Source: a virus
IMG/VR virus record: IMGVR_UViG_3300032516_002690
Location: 32,001-96,000 of that record
Strand: one strand, 5' to 3'
Length of the DNA: 64,000 nucleotides
Position numbers and translations under genes: made by a program. Shown here piece by piece: positions 35,725 through 45,392 of the stretch. The first letter of the stretch is position 1. Each line of letters starts with the position of its first letter. Below the pieces are notes generated by a model. It searched no databases, was not told the DNA's origin, and was given only the letters and a program-made list of their open reading frames with translations.

Positions 35725-37694
35725 CAGCCCCTGTTGTCCACGTAAATACGATCAAGTGTCGTAACATAACGGACAGTGCGGTCGCTAACGCCGTTTCCTG
35801 CAGGGTCGGACAGCGTAGCATTAGTCTGTCCCGCCGCGATGTTTGCGGAATTCAGTCGAACCTCGTCAGACGTCACGTACTTTATCGTACGGCCATCCGG
35901 AACAATCAGGGTGTAACTAATTTCGAATGGTAGGACTGCACCGATTTCAGTACTATAGGCCCGGGTAACGTAGGAAATGTCTGAGACATCCAGTACATCG
36001 TTGGGATCAAACGAATTGATGAAATCTGTAATCGTTTGCCTTAGCGCGGTTTCGTCAATAATGCTTGTCGAATTAGGCCGCAAACGATAAGGCACTGTCA
36101 TAGCCAGGTAAGCCTGGTGAAACCCTTTTACTAGAATATTACCTGCTAGAACACGTTCAAACCTGTCACGCGTAAAGTCGTGAATTACGTCTAGACTGGC
36201 GAGCGTGTCGTAGATCACCCGTACGTTCTTGCCGTTAAATGCCGGTTCAAGAACTAGCTCGTCCATCGCAAGCATTGACTGCGCGGCGTTAGGGTAACTG
36301 TTCGTGAGCTGGTATTCCAGCGCGGCTTGCGTAGCAGTAAACACGGGTGTTTGATTTACGCGTATGGGGAAATGTATGTACCCGTCCGAAGGGTTTATGC
36401 GTAAATCGCCCGAATCAGGGTCCAACACTGCGACATCGATTACGTCGTAATGTGCGCTACCTGGCAGTATCAAGCGGTTGTCAATTTGAATATACCGCGA
36501 AGTTTCGCCGGTTACGCTAACACCAACAGCGGGCTGGATCTGCAGGTCTGAACCAAACAGAGGGCGGTAGATATAATAATCTACGTACGTATTTGCTTCG
36601 TCAGTAGGTGTCGAAAACGGCGTATTCGTACTTACGCGTAGTTCAGTCGCAGTTATTTCCTTAATCACAAAGTCTTTTGGCGCTTCGTCCAAACCCGCAC
36701 CAACGCGAATAACGTCTCCCGCCTGTACACTAGTCATAGTCCAGTCAGGTATCGCTAAGTCGCGAAAGATATTGATAAGCCCGTCTGGACGCAGATACGG
36801 AACACCGAGCCGCCCTTCAAAAGTTGCTTGAATACGTTGCATCTCCAGATACACATCGTAGTGTCCGCCGACGTGCAGCGTTGTCACTGTGCCGTAATCG
36901 AGCTTTTTGTCGCGCTGCATTTCAGGTTCGCCCATGCCTACAACGAGCATGCGGTTTAGCGAACTGAATTTCTCACGAAGAGTTGCTTCGATCGAGCGCG
37001 AATTAATCAGGTTACGTACAGAGATGGCCGTATTAGAGCGAGCAATTATTTCAGAAGTCGTCTCTTTACCGCGACCACCTTCGAATTTCGCTGAACTGAA
37101 GATACGGGTTGCGAATGGGCTGAAGTTTGTACCGCTAACCCAGTTACCCGTAGCGACGTTGAAGTCAGTACCCGTCTTTGCAGCTACTACGCGAATTGAA
37201 AATTGGTATGCTTGAATAGAGCCATCTAATCCAATGACGGGGAATAAACTCGCCGAGTTTACGATAATGTTCTGCGTAGGGTCGGTTACATCGGGATAAA
37301 ATATATGGTCTTTGTCGTACGCAAAGCGATGGTTACCCGAGAGAATATAATCTTGGCGCTTGGAGACTTCAGCGAATAATATACCGCGTGCGAAACTGCC
37401 CGACTTGCGGTTGATGAACCAATTGGACATGATTGCGTCGGTGGCGTTTGCCACTGCGCGGTCTGAGTCGGGATCTACGGTTGCGATATTACGGACGTTG
37501 AGTAAACTCTGCAACGACTTGACGGTAGTATTTTCCTTCTGCAGGTGTGCAAACGTAAAAGCCATCGACTTGACAACGAGATCACGCAACGCGCTGCCCT
37601 GTGTAAAGCGTCCTGTTGGGATTTCCTCAGTGAGGAGAGCCTCTAGGAAAGACTCTGCACTACTAACGTCGTCCGCGTCGATCTCGATAGCCAT
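35724..37694 (-). CDS. baseplate J-like wedge protein
   Basis: GSALRDLVVK, NWFINRKSGSFARG, VAAKTGTDFNV, GGRGKET and GGHYDVY. Confidence 0.8.
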   Translation of the reverse strand: MAIEIDADDVSSAESFLEALLTEEIPTGRFTQGSALRDLVVKSMAFTFAHLQKENTTVKSLQSLLNVRNIATVDPDSDRAVANATDAIMSNWFINRKSGSFARGILFAEVSKRQDYILSGNHRFAYDKDHIFYPDVTDPTQNIIVNSASLFPVIGLDGSIQAYQFSIRVVAAKTGTDFNVATGNWVSGTNFSPFATRIFSSAKFEGGRGKETTSEIIARSNTAISVRNLINSRSIEATLREKFSSLNRMLVVGMGEPEMQRDKKLDYGTVTTLHVGGHYDVYLEMQRIQATFEGRLGVPYLRPDGLINIFRDLAIPDWTMTSVQAGDVIRVGAGLDEAPKDFVIKEITATELRVSTNTPFSTPTDEANTYVDYYIYRPLFGSDLQIQPAVGVSVTGETSRYIQIDNRLILPGSAHYDVIDVAVLDPDSGDLRINPSDGYIHFPIRVNQTPVFTATQAALEYQLTNSYPNAAQSMLAMDELVLEPAFNGKNVRVIYDTLASLDVIHDFTRDRFERVLAGNILVKGFHQAYLAMTVPYRLRPNSTSIIDETALRQTITDFINSFDPNDVLDVSDISYVTRAYSTEIGAVLPFEISYTLIVPDGRTIKYVTSDEVRLNSANIAAGQTNATLSDPAGNGVSDRTVRYVTTLDRIYVDNRG

Positions 37695-37697
37695 GCA

Positions 37698-38150
37698 TTA
37701 CCCCGTTAGCGCTGCAGTCGGAAGATTCAAAATCAGGCGCTCTCCTGCCTGATTCTTGAGCTCAATGTACACTGAAAACCCTGGCGCTGACGTATTTTCT
37801 ATGAAGTTAACAATTGCGGCGCTAGCTAGACGTTCGGTAGGGTTGAGCGTATTATCGTCGATCTGAAACGCGCCTACCTGGTCATTGCAGTTATCGATGG
37901 CGATGTTGACGACATCCTGGGCGTCTTGCAGGGGTAAATTACTACCGATTAATTTAGTAAAATCGGTACCGCGCTGCAAGTCTGTAGGGTCAGAACCTCG
38001 TGGCGTTAGGAAGCACAACAACCACTGGTTGATGAGCATCTGAAAACCCTTCACGGCGATAGCAGGATTGTATGTCCAACCTACAAACTTAAACGTGTTG
38101 AGTTGTTCAGCCTCGGTTAGCGCTTGAAAATGTATGTCAAAGCGAGCCAT
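37698..38150 (-). CDS. gp25/GPW-like baseplate protein
   Basis: LINQWLLCFLTPRGSDP..RGT motif; size and position upstream of baseplate J. Confidence 0.7.
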   Translation of the reverse strand: MARFDIHFQALTEAEQLNTFKFVGWTYNPAIAVKGFQMLINQWLLCFLTPRGSDPTDLQRGTDFTKLIGSNLPLQDAQDVVNIAIDNCNDQVGAFQIDDNTLNPTERLASAAIVNFIENTSAPGFSVYIELKNQAGERLILNLPTAALTG

Positions 38151-38157
38151 CGAACCC

Positions 38158-40110
38158 TCACGCTAGGCGTTGCTTAACAAAGGAGTCACGCGCATCATCG
38201 ACCAACGTACGCAGTACGTTTGCATCCTTGTCCGTGACAGCTTGGACGTGAGGTCGATCCAGAGCGCCATTGCCATTAACACGTATTCCCCACGTAAGTC
38301 CCAGCGTTGTCGCTAGTTCACCGAGGGCTACGTAGAATTGTGGGTACTCGTATCCGAGTGAAGCGCTGATAATATCTACGGCAGCTCCGTAAATGTGCAA
38401 CGACGTACTACTGCCTACGCCGCGTTCATCCAACAATTGTGCACGTTCCGGAGTACGGTAGCCCTCTTGCAGCACGGGATCGTACCCAGCGGCGCGCATA
38501 GCATTGAAGAGATCTTGTACGCGGTCAGCAAAACTAGGAACCAGCAGGTACGGGTTCCGCGAAACAGGCATGTTGTTTAGTTTAGCGTCCGACCCGTCAG
38601 GCCTGCCGTAATCGTAAACACCCCGCGGGGATGTAGATACAGACATACCGCCACTTAACGGCGGTAGGGCTGAAACTATCTCTGTAGGATTCTGACTATC
38701 CGAACGTCCCCACAATCCTGTGTTGGGGTCCAGGAACAACGCATTTATAATTGTCGGTGATTCTGAAGCTGTACGCTGGGTAATGCTCGATAAATTAGCA
38801 GTATTGCGCGCCCACGCAGTGCTTGACGCATTAGCAGTCGCTTGTGCCGCGGTGGAGAAACCAGGACGCGTAATAGCCTGCGCTTGTTGTGCTCGAATTA
38901 CCGTCAACAGTTTATTCTGGCTGATACTCTGCGCTACGGACAGGGCCCCAGAACCCGTAATCGCAGGTACCTTTATGTTGAGCGACAGCGTCTTTAGTGT
39001 AGGATCGAATAGCTCCGTTGTTACGTCGAAACTACGCAGTTTTTCTACCTTGGCAAAGATGCGCGCATACGCACTTATATACTCGCCTCTTGCGGCATTT
39101 TTATACCAGATTTCAAATCGTCGATCCCATGCTGCCGTGTCATCGCCGTAAATAGCAGTGATCAACGGCACTGAAGTTACAGGCGTAATCCCGAGTCTAA
39201 AATCTGGGGGTAGAAAAAACTCTGCACCTGGATCAAGCGCGTTAGAACCAGACGCATGCGCAAAACAACCAGGTATGTTACTGTTGACATTTGTTTTTAG
39301 CTGCGCACCGTGCCCTAGATATCTGGTGAATTTATCGCCAGTGTAGACTTCGAGCTTTTTCAGCAGGAAAGCATCGAGCACATACTGCTGCTCAGAGTAG
39401 GGTCCGTGATCTTCAACAGATCGTAATTCACCAGTGCCCTGATTATCGTAGTACCATTCTTCGTGATTAATCCCGATAGACTTTTGGTTAATACCGGCCA
39501 GGTTATACTTAGCGCCTGTGCTATTTACATGAGTACAGGCTGAATCCCACGATGCTGAATTAACCAAATCACCGCGCAGGCTCACTAAGTGGTGCATGCC
39601 TATTTGCGCGGGAGTCGATGGTGTCACATACTGCAATAACCCCGATGCGAAGCGCTCTGCGTTGTAAGCAGTTGCAGGGTCGGTAGTATTAAATCCGGCA
39701 CCCTCAGCAGGTGCTGCTTTTGTACCTTTTCGCCGCGTCTGCGCGTAGTCGTATGCACGGCCAAAACTATGCATAACTACGAACTTGATGCTCGGATTGA
39801 ACTTTTTAAAGGTTGCGCCGCTTAGCGGAGGTACGTAATAACTAACCGGATCGGTCAAAGGACCGCTGCGTTTAACTCCGCAGGAATACCCAGTAGGTAG
39901 TGTTACACCTTGCAACGCAAGGGCTGCCTTTAACACATCGGGTTTAAAAAGACCTTCAGCGCCGGCAATAGACACAATGCGCAGATTAGTTGCGACACTG
40001 TTCTTTTGAGCTTGGATATTGCGATACGCAGGCACTGCGCCTTCGTAGTGTGCAATTAATTTAGCCAGCTCTGCGGCAAAGTCTTGCCCTAATGTATCTA
40101 GTCCACTCAC
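38158..40110 (-). CDS. virion-associated peptidoglycan hydrolase: amidase_2-like plus M15 endopeptidase
   Basis: Amidase motifs VVMHS, HHLVSLRGD, NQKSIGI, AH..DPG. M15 motifs EGYRT, SLHIYGAAVD, LTWG, DRPHVQ. Confidence 0.8.
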   Translation of the reverse strand: MSGLDTLGQDFAAELAKLIAHYEGAVPAYRNIQAQKNSVATNLRIVSIAGAEGLFKPDVLKAALALQGVTLPTGYSCGVKRSGPLTDPVSYYVPPLSGATFKKFNPSIKFVVMHSFGRAYDYAQTRRKGTKAAPAEGAGFNTTDPATAYNAERFASGLLQYVTPSTPAQIGMHHLVSLRGDLVNSASWDSACTHVNSTGAKYNLAGINQKSIGINHEEWYYDNQGTGELRSVEDHGPYSEQQYVLDAFLLKKLEVYTGDKFTRYLGHGAQLKTNVNSNIPGCFAHASGSNALDPGAEFFLPPDFRLGITPVTSVPLITAIYGDDTAAWDRRFEIWYKNAARGEYISAYARIFAKVEKLRSFDVTTELFDPTLKTLSLNIKVPAITGSGALSVAQSISQNKLLTVIRAQQAQAITRPGFSTAAQATANASSTAWARNTANLSSITQRTASESPTIINALFLDPNTGLWGRSDSQNPTEIVSALPPLSGGMSVSTSPRGVYDYGRPDGSDAKLNNMPVSRNPYLLVPSFADRVQDLFNAMRAAGYDPVLQEGYRTPERAQLLDERGVGSSTSLHIYGAAVDIISASLGYEYPQFYVALGELATTLGLTWGIRVNGNGALDRPHVQAVTDKDANVLRTLVDDARDSFVKQRLA

Positions 40111-40787
40111 TGCGACTCCCGAAGAAGCGCGTTAATTTTGTTTTTCTCGTAGCTCAATACCCCTTGCGTAATACTGAGCTTTTTCATTATCTTGGTATTG
40201 TTGAGTATCGGATTACCTTGATAACCCGTCGTATGTTCGAAAATCTGCTGCTGTCTCGGGGACATGCTGTAATAAGCGTACCCAATACTCGCATCGTGTT
40301 CGTAAGGTACAAAGAGCTCGCTAGGCGAGTCTTTTGACTCAACCAGCTCCGACCGTCCAAATTGAGTACGAAGTTGCTCTACCTTTTTAGGGCTCCAACG
40401 CAACGCATCAGCGAGTTCTTCAGTAGAGGGCTCACGGCCATTTTCTGCCATGAAGTCTTCTTGCGCTGCCGTAAAGGTCGTATGCAGAGTCATTGAGTGC
40501 TCAGGAATACGTGCTGCATCTTTATGCGCGTAATTCATGCGACTTAATTTTTGAATCTGATTCACGACGTGTGTCGACAGCTTAATACCCAGTGTAGGCT
40601 GATACGATTTAATCGCTTTTACAGCTAGCGATTTAGCCTGAAGCTCTAGTACGTTGCGCGATAGCGAACCTGCGCGTTTGTTGACCTCGGATTGGATCAA
40701 CGGATCGAGTTGCTTGACCAGCTTCTCTAGATCCAGGGGCGCCCGAGTCTGCGACCATGTCTTGTAGAGCTCGACATCTTTTTCCAT
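40107..40787 (-). CDS. second sigma70-family factor (FliA/SigB-like) within the baseplate operon
   Basis: KAIKSYQPTLGIKLSTHV, ARIPE, GREPSTEELADALRWS and MSPRQQQIF; region 4.2 is divergent. Confidence 0.8.
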   Translation of the reverse strand: MEKDVELYKTWSQTRAPLDLEKLVKQLDPLIQSEVNKRAGSLSRNVLELQAKSLAVKAIKSYQPTLGIKLSTHVVNQIQKLSRMNYAHKDAARIPEHSMTLHTTFTAAQEDFMAENGREPSTEELADALRWSPKKVEQLRTQFGRSELVESKDSPSELFVPYEHDASIGYAYYSMSPRQQQIFEHTTGYQGNPILNNTKIMKKLSITQGVLSYEKNKINALLRESQ

Positions 40788-40789
40788 GT

Positions 40790-43636
40790 CTATTTACCCG
40801 GGGCTAGTCGAGACAAAACATTACTACGATAGACCTGCAGTACCGCATCCCAGTCCTGAGATGTTTGCGGGAAGTCGTCAGGAACTCCCTGCACCTTGTT
40901 TGTTACTTTAGCCGGATCGTTAACCAAAGCCGCAATGTTTTCTTGTCGCTGAGCAAGATTAAGCTCCGTTGGAGTTGGCAAGACTATCCAAACCCCATCG
41001 GGTGTAGTAACACCTGTGGCGTTGGTGAGGTTTAGTCCTGTGTCGGGGATAGCTTTCGGCGGACCCGCGCGGTATTTTCGTATACGCCGATAGTAAACAG
41101 CGGGGAACGTGCGTTCGTCATCCGCAGCAAGCGCTACACCAGGCAGCACTGTGCCGCGATCTTTCTTTTCAACAGCCTCTTCACCCAGAAACACCAAGTA
41201 CTCATCGAGCGTGCATATCGGCCGCGCGTTGTAAAACATGGCAGCTTCAAAGCTTTCAAACAACGGGCCTGCAGTAGGGGCAGGGTCGATGTCTACGTTG
41301 CCGTTCAGGTTGGTGCTGGTAGTGCTGTTCTGTATCTCTTCGTCGAGCAGGTTTAGCCGCTGAATAATATTCGGATCTGCGTTGCCATCCGCGGGCAATT
41401 GCTGCAATTCAGGCTGTGCCGTAGCTCCGCGTATAAAGGTTAGGTCTTCAGCGGTTGCTGAACCCGAACGCATTTTCTCGATGACGGATAGCGTCTTCAA
41501 GCGGGTTGTCGTATCGATGCCCTGAAGTTTAACAGCCTCAGATTTACCTTTTTCTGACGTGAGCTGTATAATTTTCTGATACTGAAAAGACGCGTCTTTA
41601 GTGCCTAGATATGCGTCAACGTCCGGTGCTTGCTTAGCGTCTTGCGCTAATGCAGGCACAATCATGCCTTCTACTTCGTCAGCGCGACGAATAATATCTG
41701 CGCGTTGCTGCGCTTGTGATATCTCATCGACGTTTTTGGGCTTGCTTCTGTACAGCAGAGATCTGTAGAACGCTTCCGCTCGATCAAAGTTCTGGATAGT
41801 GTCCCGAACCTCTATCAGAGGCTCAGCGGGACCTACCGCAATAGGCCCGACGCGCTCCATTTGCGGGTCCGTATTGGTCGAGCTTGTTCCATCATTTTCG
41901 TTAATGCTACGCGCTACATCAGCACGCTTCGTAATAATATCCGCATTTTCCATCTCGATGGATTTACGCAGTAGCGCGAAGGCTTCCTGCATTGTGCGGC
42001 CATACGACATGCTCACGTCAGTCTGCATCATGCGCGAACTAAGCACGTGCCGAACGTTCATTACGTACGCAAAAATATCTATCTTCGTAGACCGTCTGTC
42101 AAATACTGCGCACGGAAAACCAGGCATCGGATATGGATTAAACGCCATGCTTACACCAGCAGTGCGGCGAGCGTAGCGTTCCTTCTGATACTCATATGCT
42201 GCGTACAACCTAAATATGTTGTGTTGCGTATCTCCCGGCATGACGCTTCGGGCTACTTCAATACGCTGCTCTTCCGTAAGAGTTTTATCGTTGATGTCCA
42301 CGCCGGGCTGGTTGCGCGCGTTGTTCAAAAACAAGAACCATCGCGGCATAGATCTACGATCTACAACAGGTCCTCGAAAGAATTCCTCGGGATAAACCAA
42401 TACGTTTTTAGCGTTGAGCTTGGGGTCTTGCAGCGCTGCCCGCATTGCAATATTGACTTCTTCAGGGTGCGCAACAGTTAGCGCCGCACGCACTACTGCA
42501 TCTAAACCACTGGAATTATTGCTCTGATTTACGCTTAGATACGACGTCCAACTCTCGTCGTTGAAATACATGCGCGTAGGTTGAGTCGCGTAATTCTCTT
42601 GATAGCCGAACTGCGTAATCTGTGATGGATAAAAGACATTGCACGTAGGAGGTAACCCAAACAGAAATTGCGGCTTGACGAAGTAAGCAGCTAGATTATT
42701 TACGATTTCGGGAGCGTATGCCTTAGGGGGAGCTCCTAAAATGTTGAGTTCTCGGTCTACTGTAACGGACGGCGGCGTAGGAATCATCGCCAATTCCATC
42801 ATGAGCGTAGACAGTACTTGCTCGAATACCTGCCAAATAGAGCCCGCTGTGCCTATGTTCGACGTAAGCCCTGCGACAGCGCTAATAGCCCAATCAGCCT
42901 GTACGGCCCTCAGTATTGGGAATACCCCCTTACTACCTGCTTTACCGTCTTCAAGATACGGCAGCGCTACAAAACGCTTATCGAACTTTGTGCGCTTAGC
43001 CCAAGGTGAGAAGAAGTTTGCAGCGGGCACGCTTCGGCGATCTAAATCTGCAGTTAACCCCGTGACCACGTTACGTACGTATTCAATAGGTCGTGTGATT
43101 AACGGAGACTCAATATTCTGCGAGCCTTCGGCTTTGGCCTGCACTAAACCCTTCGAGAACAACGAGTACGGGAATAATGGTGCAAAACCCGGCGTATTCA
43201 CCGTGGTTAGGCTTACACCCGTTGTTTGTCCGAACGCGCCTACGGCAAGGTCGTCGATACTCGACATAAAAAAGAAAAACAATTGCGTGAATATCTGTAT
43301 ATAGTCGACAGCAGTAAATGAAAGGCTGCGCCCACGCTGTACGTTGACATAACTCCAACCGATTATTTCGCCATCGAATAATAGCCTAAACTCTGGCTTT
43401 TGCGGCTTAATCCAGTGGTCACAAAAGAAAATCTGTACAGCGACACGATCTTCAGACCCTAAGCGTTGAATGCTCGGGTCTGGTATCATCACAATCTCAG
43501 CCTGTGGTATTTGCCATACGCCGTAGCTCACGCTAACGGACGCTACGGGAACCTCTAAGCCGTTAATGTATACGAGCCATGCGTTCTGATACGCGCGATT
43601 GGCATTTACTCTATCTTCGCGTTCAGTAGCCATCAC
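40790..43636 (-). CDS. baseplate hub-like protein
   Basis: 948 aa; LVYINGLEVP...LLFDGEI and FNPYPMPGFP motifs; upstream of the lysin and gp25 genes. Confidence 0.6.
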   Translation of the reverse strand: MMATEREDRVNANRAYQNAWLVYINGLEVPVASVSVSYGVWQIPQAEIVMIPDPSIQRLGSEDRVAVQIFFCDHWIKPQKPEFRLLFDGEIIGWSYVNVQRGRSLSFTAVDYIQIFTQLFFFFMSSIDDLAVGAFGQTTGVSLTTVNTPGFAPLFPYSLFSKGLVQAKAEGSQNIESPLITRPIEYVRNVVTGLTADLDRRSVPAANFFSPWAKRTKFDKRFVALPYLEDGKAGSKGVFPILRAVQADWAISAVAGLTSNIGTAGSIWQVFEQVLSTLMMELAMIPTPPSVTVDRELNILGAPPKAYAPEIVNNLAAYFVKPQFLFGLPPTCNVFYPSQITQFGYQENYATQPTRMYFNDESWTSYLSVNQSNNSSGLDAVVRAALTVAHPEEVNIAMRAALQDPKLNAKNVLVYPEEFFRGPVVDRRSMPRWFLFLNNARNQPGVDINDKTLTEEQRIEVARSVMPGDTQHNIFRLYAAYEYQKERYARRTAGVSMAFNPYPMPGFPCAVFDRRSTKIDIFAYVMNVRHVLSSRMMQTDVSMSYGRTMQEAFALLRKSIEMENADIITKRADVARSINENDGTSSTNTDPQMERVGPIAVGPAEPLIEVRDTIQNFDRAEAFYRSLLYRSKPKNVDEISQAQQRADIIRRADEVEGMIVPALAQDAKQAPDVDAYLGTKDASFQYQKIIQLTSEKGKSEAVKLQGIDTTTRLKTLSVIEKMRSGSATAEDLTFIRGATAQPELQQLPADGNADPNIIQRLNLLDEEIQNSTTSTNLNGNVDIDPAPTAGPLFESFEAAMFYNARPICTLDEYLVFLGEEAVEKKDRGTVLPGVALAADDERTFPAVYYRRIRKYRAGPPKAIPDTGLNLTNATGVTTPDGVWIVLPTPTELNLAQRQENIAALVNDPAKVTNKVQGVPDDFPQTSQDWDAVLQVYRSNVLSRLAPGK

Positions 43637-43641
43637 AACCT

Positions 43642-44550
43642 TTATGACAAGATGACAGGCGTAGAATCTGCGATGAGTATACTTTGCGTTAACTCATATG
43701 CCTTGGCATATAGCAATATGTTTGCCACCAAACTAACCCGGTAAATATACAGAGTAGAATCCAGATAATCGCTAAAGGACGCCAGGTAGGCCGTGTCTAA
43801 TCCACTCAGTTCGTGAAATGCTTGGATGTCCGTCTTAAGCGTTTTTGAATTATCGGCTAGAACTTTGTCAATTGCCCGCGTATTTTGCCTCTCACTGACT
43901 ACAGAGTCCAGTGCGTCCTTGTTGCGTAGATCGTACGGGTTTAATAGAGTGCAAAGTTCGGTTGCAAATGCGGACTGGTAAATAACCCGCGCTGCTTTAT
44001 TTCCCGGCTGTGAACTAGCGGTAGCTTGTAGCCGTAAAGCGTTGTCCAGAAACAGTGTGCGGTACTGCTCTAAACTTATAAATCGCTCCATCGGAGTCTG
44101 AAGCGCTACTTCGACAGGTAGCGGGCTCAGGCCCGTATAGTTGTTTGGATCTGCTCGTATTCTGAAAGACCAGTTAGCGATTCCGGACAGGTCAGTTAGA
44201 TCGCGGGTGTAGGCTGCCATATTTACATGTTTAAGGAAATCAAAGCCTACCGTCCCGCGTAACCGTACCGTAAGTATGCCCGCTGCGTAGCTTACTCTAC
44301 CCACGAATCCGGCGGAAAAACCTGTAGTCCCGCTGTACGCTTGCGTACCGTCGACTAAAATAATGACAGACAGCGTATCTAGGTTGTACGTAGGGTCAAA
44401 GAATTTGACAGTAATGAACGTGTCTTCTTGTACGTCTAGTTGGCTATCAATTGGATTGATTGATATGACTACAGGGCCGTCCGTGCTCGGCCGGACTACG
44501 TTACCGTAACCCCACCGGGTCGTGCCCCATCCGTACAGATCTAACACCAT
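43642..44550 (-). CDS. virion protein with Ig-like N-terminal domain
   Basis: YGWG..RWG and P.VISINP...DV..DT.ITVKF.D pattern. Confidence 0.5.
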   Translation of the reverse strand: MVLDLYGWGTTRWGYGNVVRPSTDGPVVISINPIDSQLDVQEDTFITVKFFDPTYNLDTLSVIILVDGTQAYSGTTGFSAGFVGRVSYAAGILTVRLRGTVGFDFLKHVNMAAYTRDLTDLSGIANWSFRIRADPNNYTGLSPLPVEVALQTPMERFISLEQYRTLFLDNALRLQATASSQPGNKAARVIYQSAFATELCTLLNPYDLRNKDALDSVVSERQNTRAIDKVLADNSKTLKTDIQAFHELSGLDTAYLASFSDYLDSTLYIYRVSLVANILLYAKAYELTQSILIADSTPVILS

Positions 44551-44585
44551 CTAAACGCCCCCTACACCGTAAAGACTTACGTAAA

Positions 44586-44858
44586 TCAAGCCCCTTCGGT
44601 CGCCGGCACAACTGCCGCAGGCTCAAGCGTAGGCGCAGCGGGGAGCGTCTCCGTAATCATTTCTTCTTTGTGTGCGGCGTAAAGCGTCGCAAATGCCACG
44701 AGCTGCTCACGTATTACGGCTAGTGCCTGCGCAAGTACTTCGTGGGTATCTGCATTCACGTTGACTGAGCGCACGCTGGCCGTTACGTGCCTGAAGGCTA
44801 CGTCGGCATTCATTTTCTCAGACAACGGTAGCTCTACATTAGGGCGGTTCCTGGACAT
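44586..44858 (-). CDS. hypothetical protein
   Basis: 90 aa with AGGAG SD. Confidence 0.65.
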   Translation of the reverse strand: MSRNRPNVELPLSEKMNADVAFRHVTASVRSVNVNADTHEVLAQALAVIREQLVAFATLYAAHKEEMITETLPAAPTLEPAAVVPATEGA

Positions 44859-44942
44859 TTAAATTCTCCTATTTATTGAGCGCAACACGCAGCGCCAGGC
44901 TCTTAGTTAGCCTGTTGTATACATTTACGCAAGCGCAATGAC

Positions 44943-45377
44943 TCAGTAGCTTAATACTACATAACCCGAGGTGGTAACGCCGAAAACGCCTGGTCCAGGG
45001 TAACGCGTGCCTGCTCTGTCCGGAATAATGGACGGCCATGTCACGAATTTGTTCGCGACTGCGTCGAACACACGGTTTATGAATCTCGAATCTCCGAAAA
45101 ATACTAACGAAGAGGAGACGCTACCGCCGCCAGCCGGGCCAGTGGGTACCGCAGGCACTGTGACTATCACCGAGGCTACGGTACCCGTACCAACAGAAGC
45201 CCCTACCAAGATGGCTGCGTTGGCTAGAAAGTTCGCGGAAATGGTGCCAACACTTACTACGCCGCCTGATAAGATGGCTGCGTTAGCTAGAAAGTTCGCG
45301 CCAACAGTGCCGCCGCTTTCGACGTCCGCGAACGTTAGCGCCTGGTTGCTAATTAAATTTGCGTCGAAATCGGCCAC
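44943..45377 (-). CDS. hypothetical virion protein with internal repeat
   Basis: ANFLANAAIL occurs twice, plus the degenerate ANLISNQAL. Confidence 0.65.
   Translation of the reverse strand: MADFDANLISNQALTFADVESGGTVGANFLANAAILSGGVVSVGTISANFLANAAILVGASVGTGTVASVIVTVPAVPTGPAGGGSVSSSLVFFGDSRFINRVFDAVANKFVTWPSIIPDRAGTRYPGPGVFGVTTSGYVVLSY
45208..45300. repeat. 30-bp direct repeat (one mismatch), 63-bp period, coding
   Basis: aagatggctgcgtt[g/a]gctagaaagttcgcg at 45208-37 and 45271-300. Confidence 0.9.
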
Positions 45378-45392
45378 GACCCACCTAACCTT

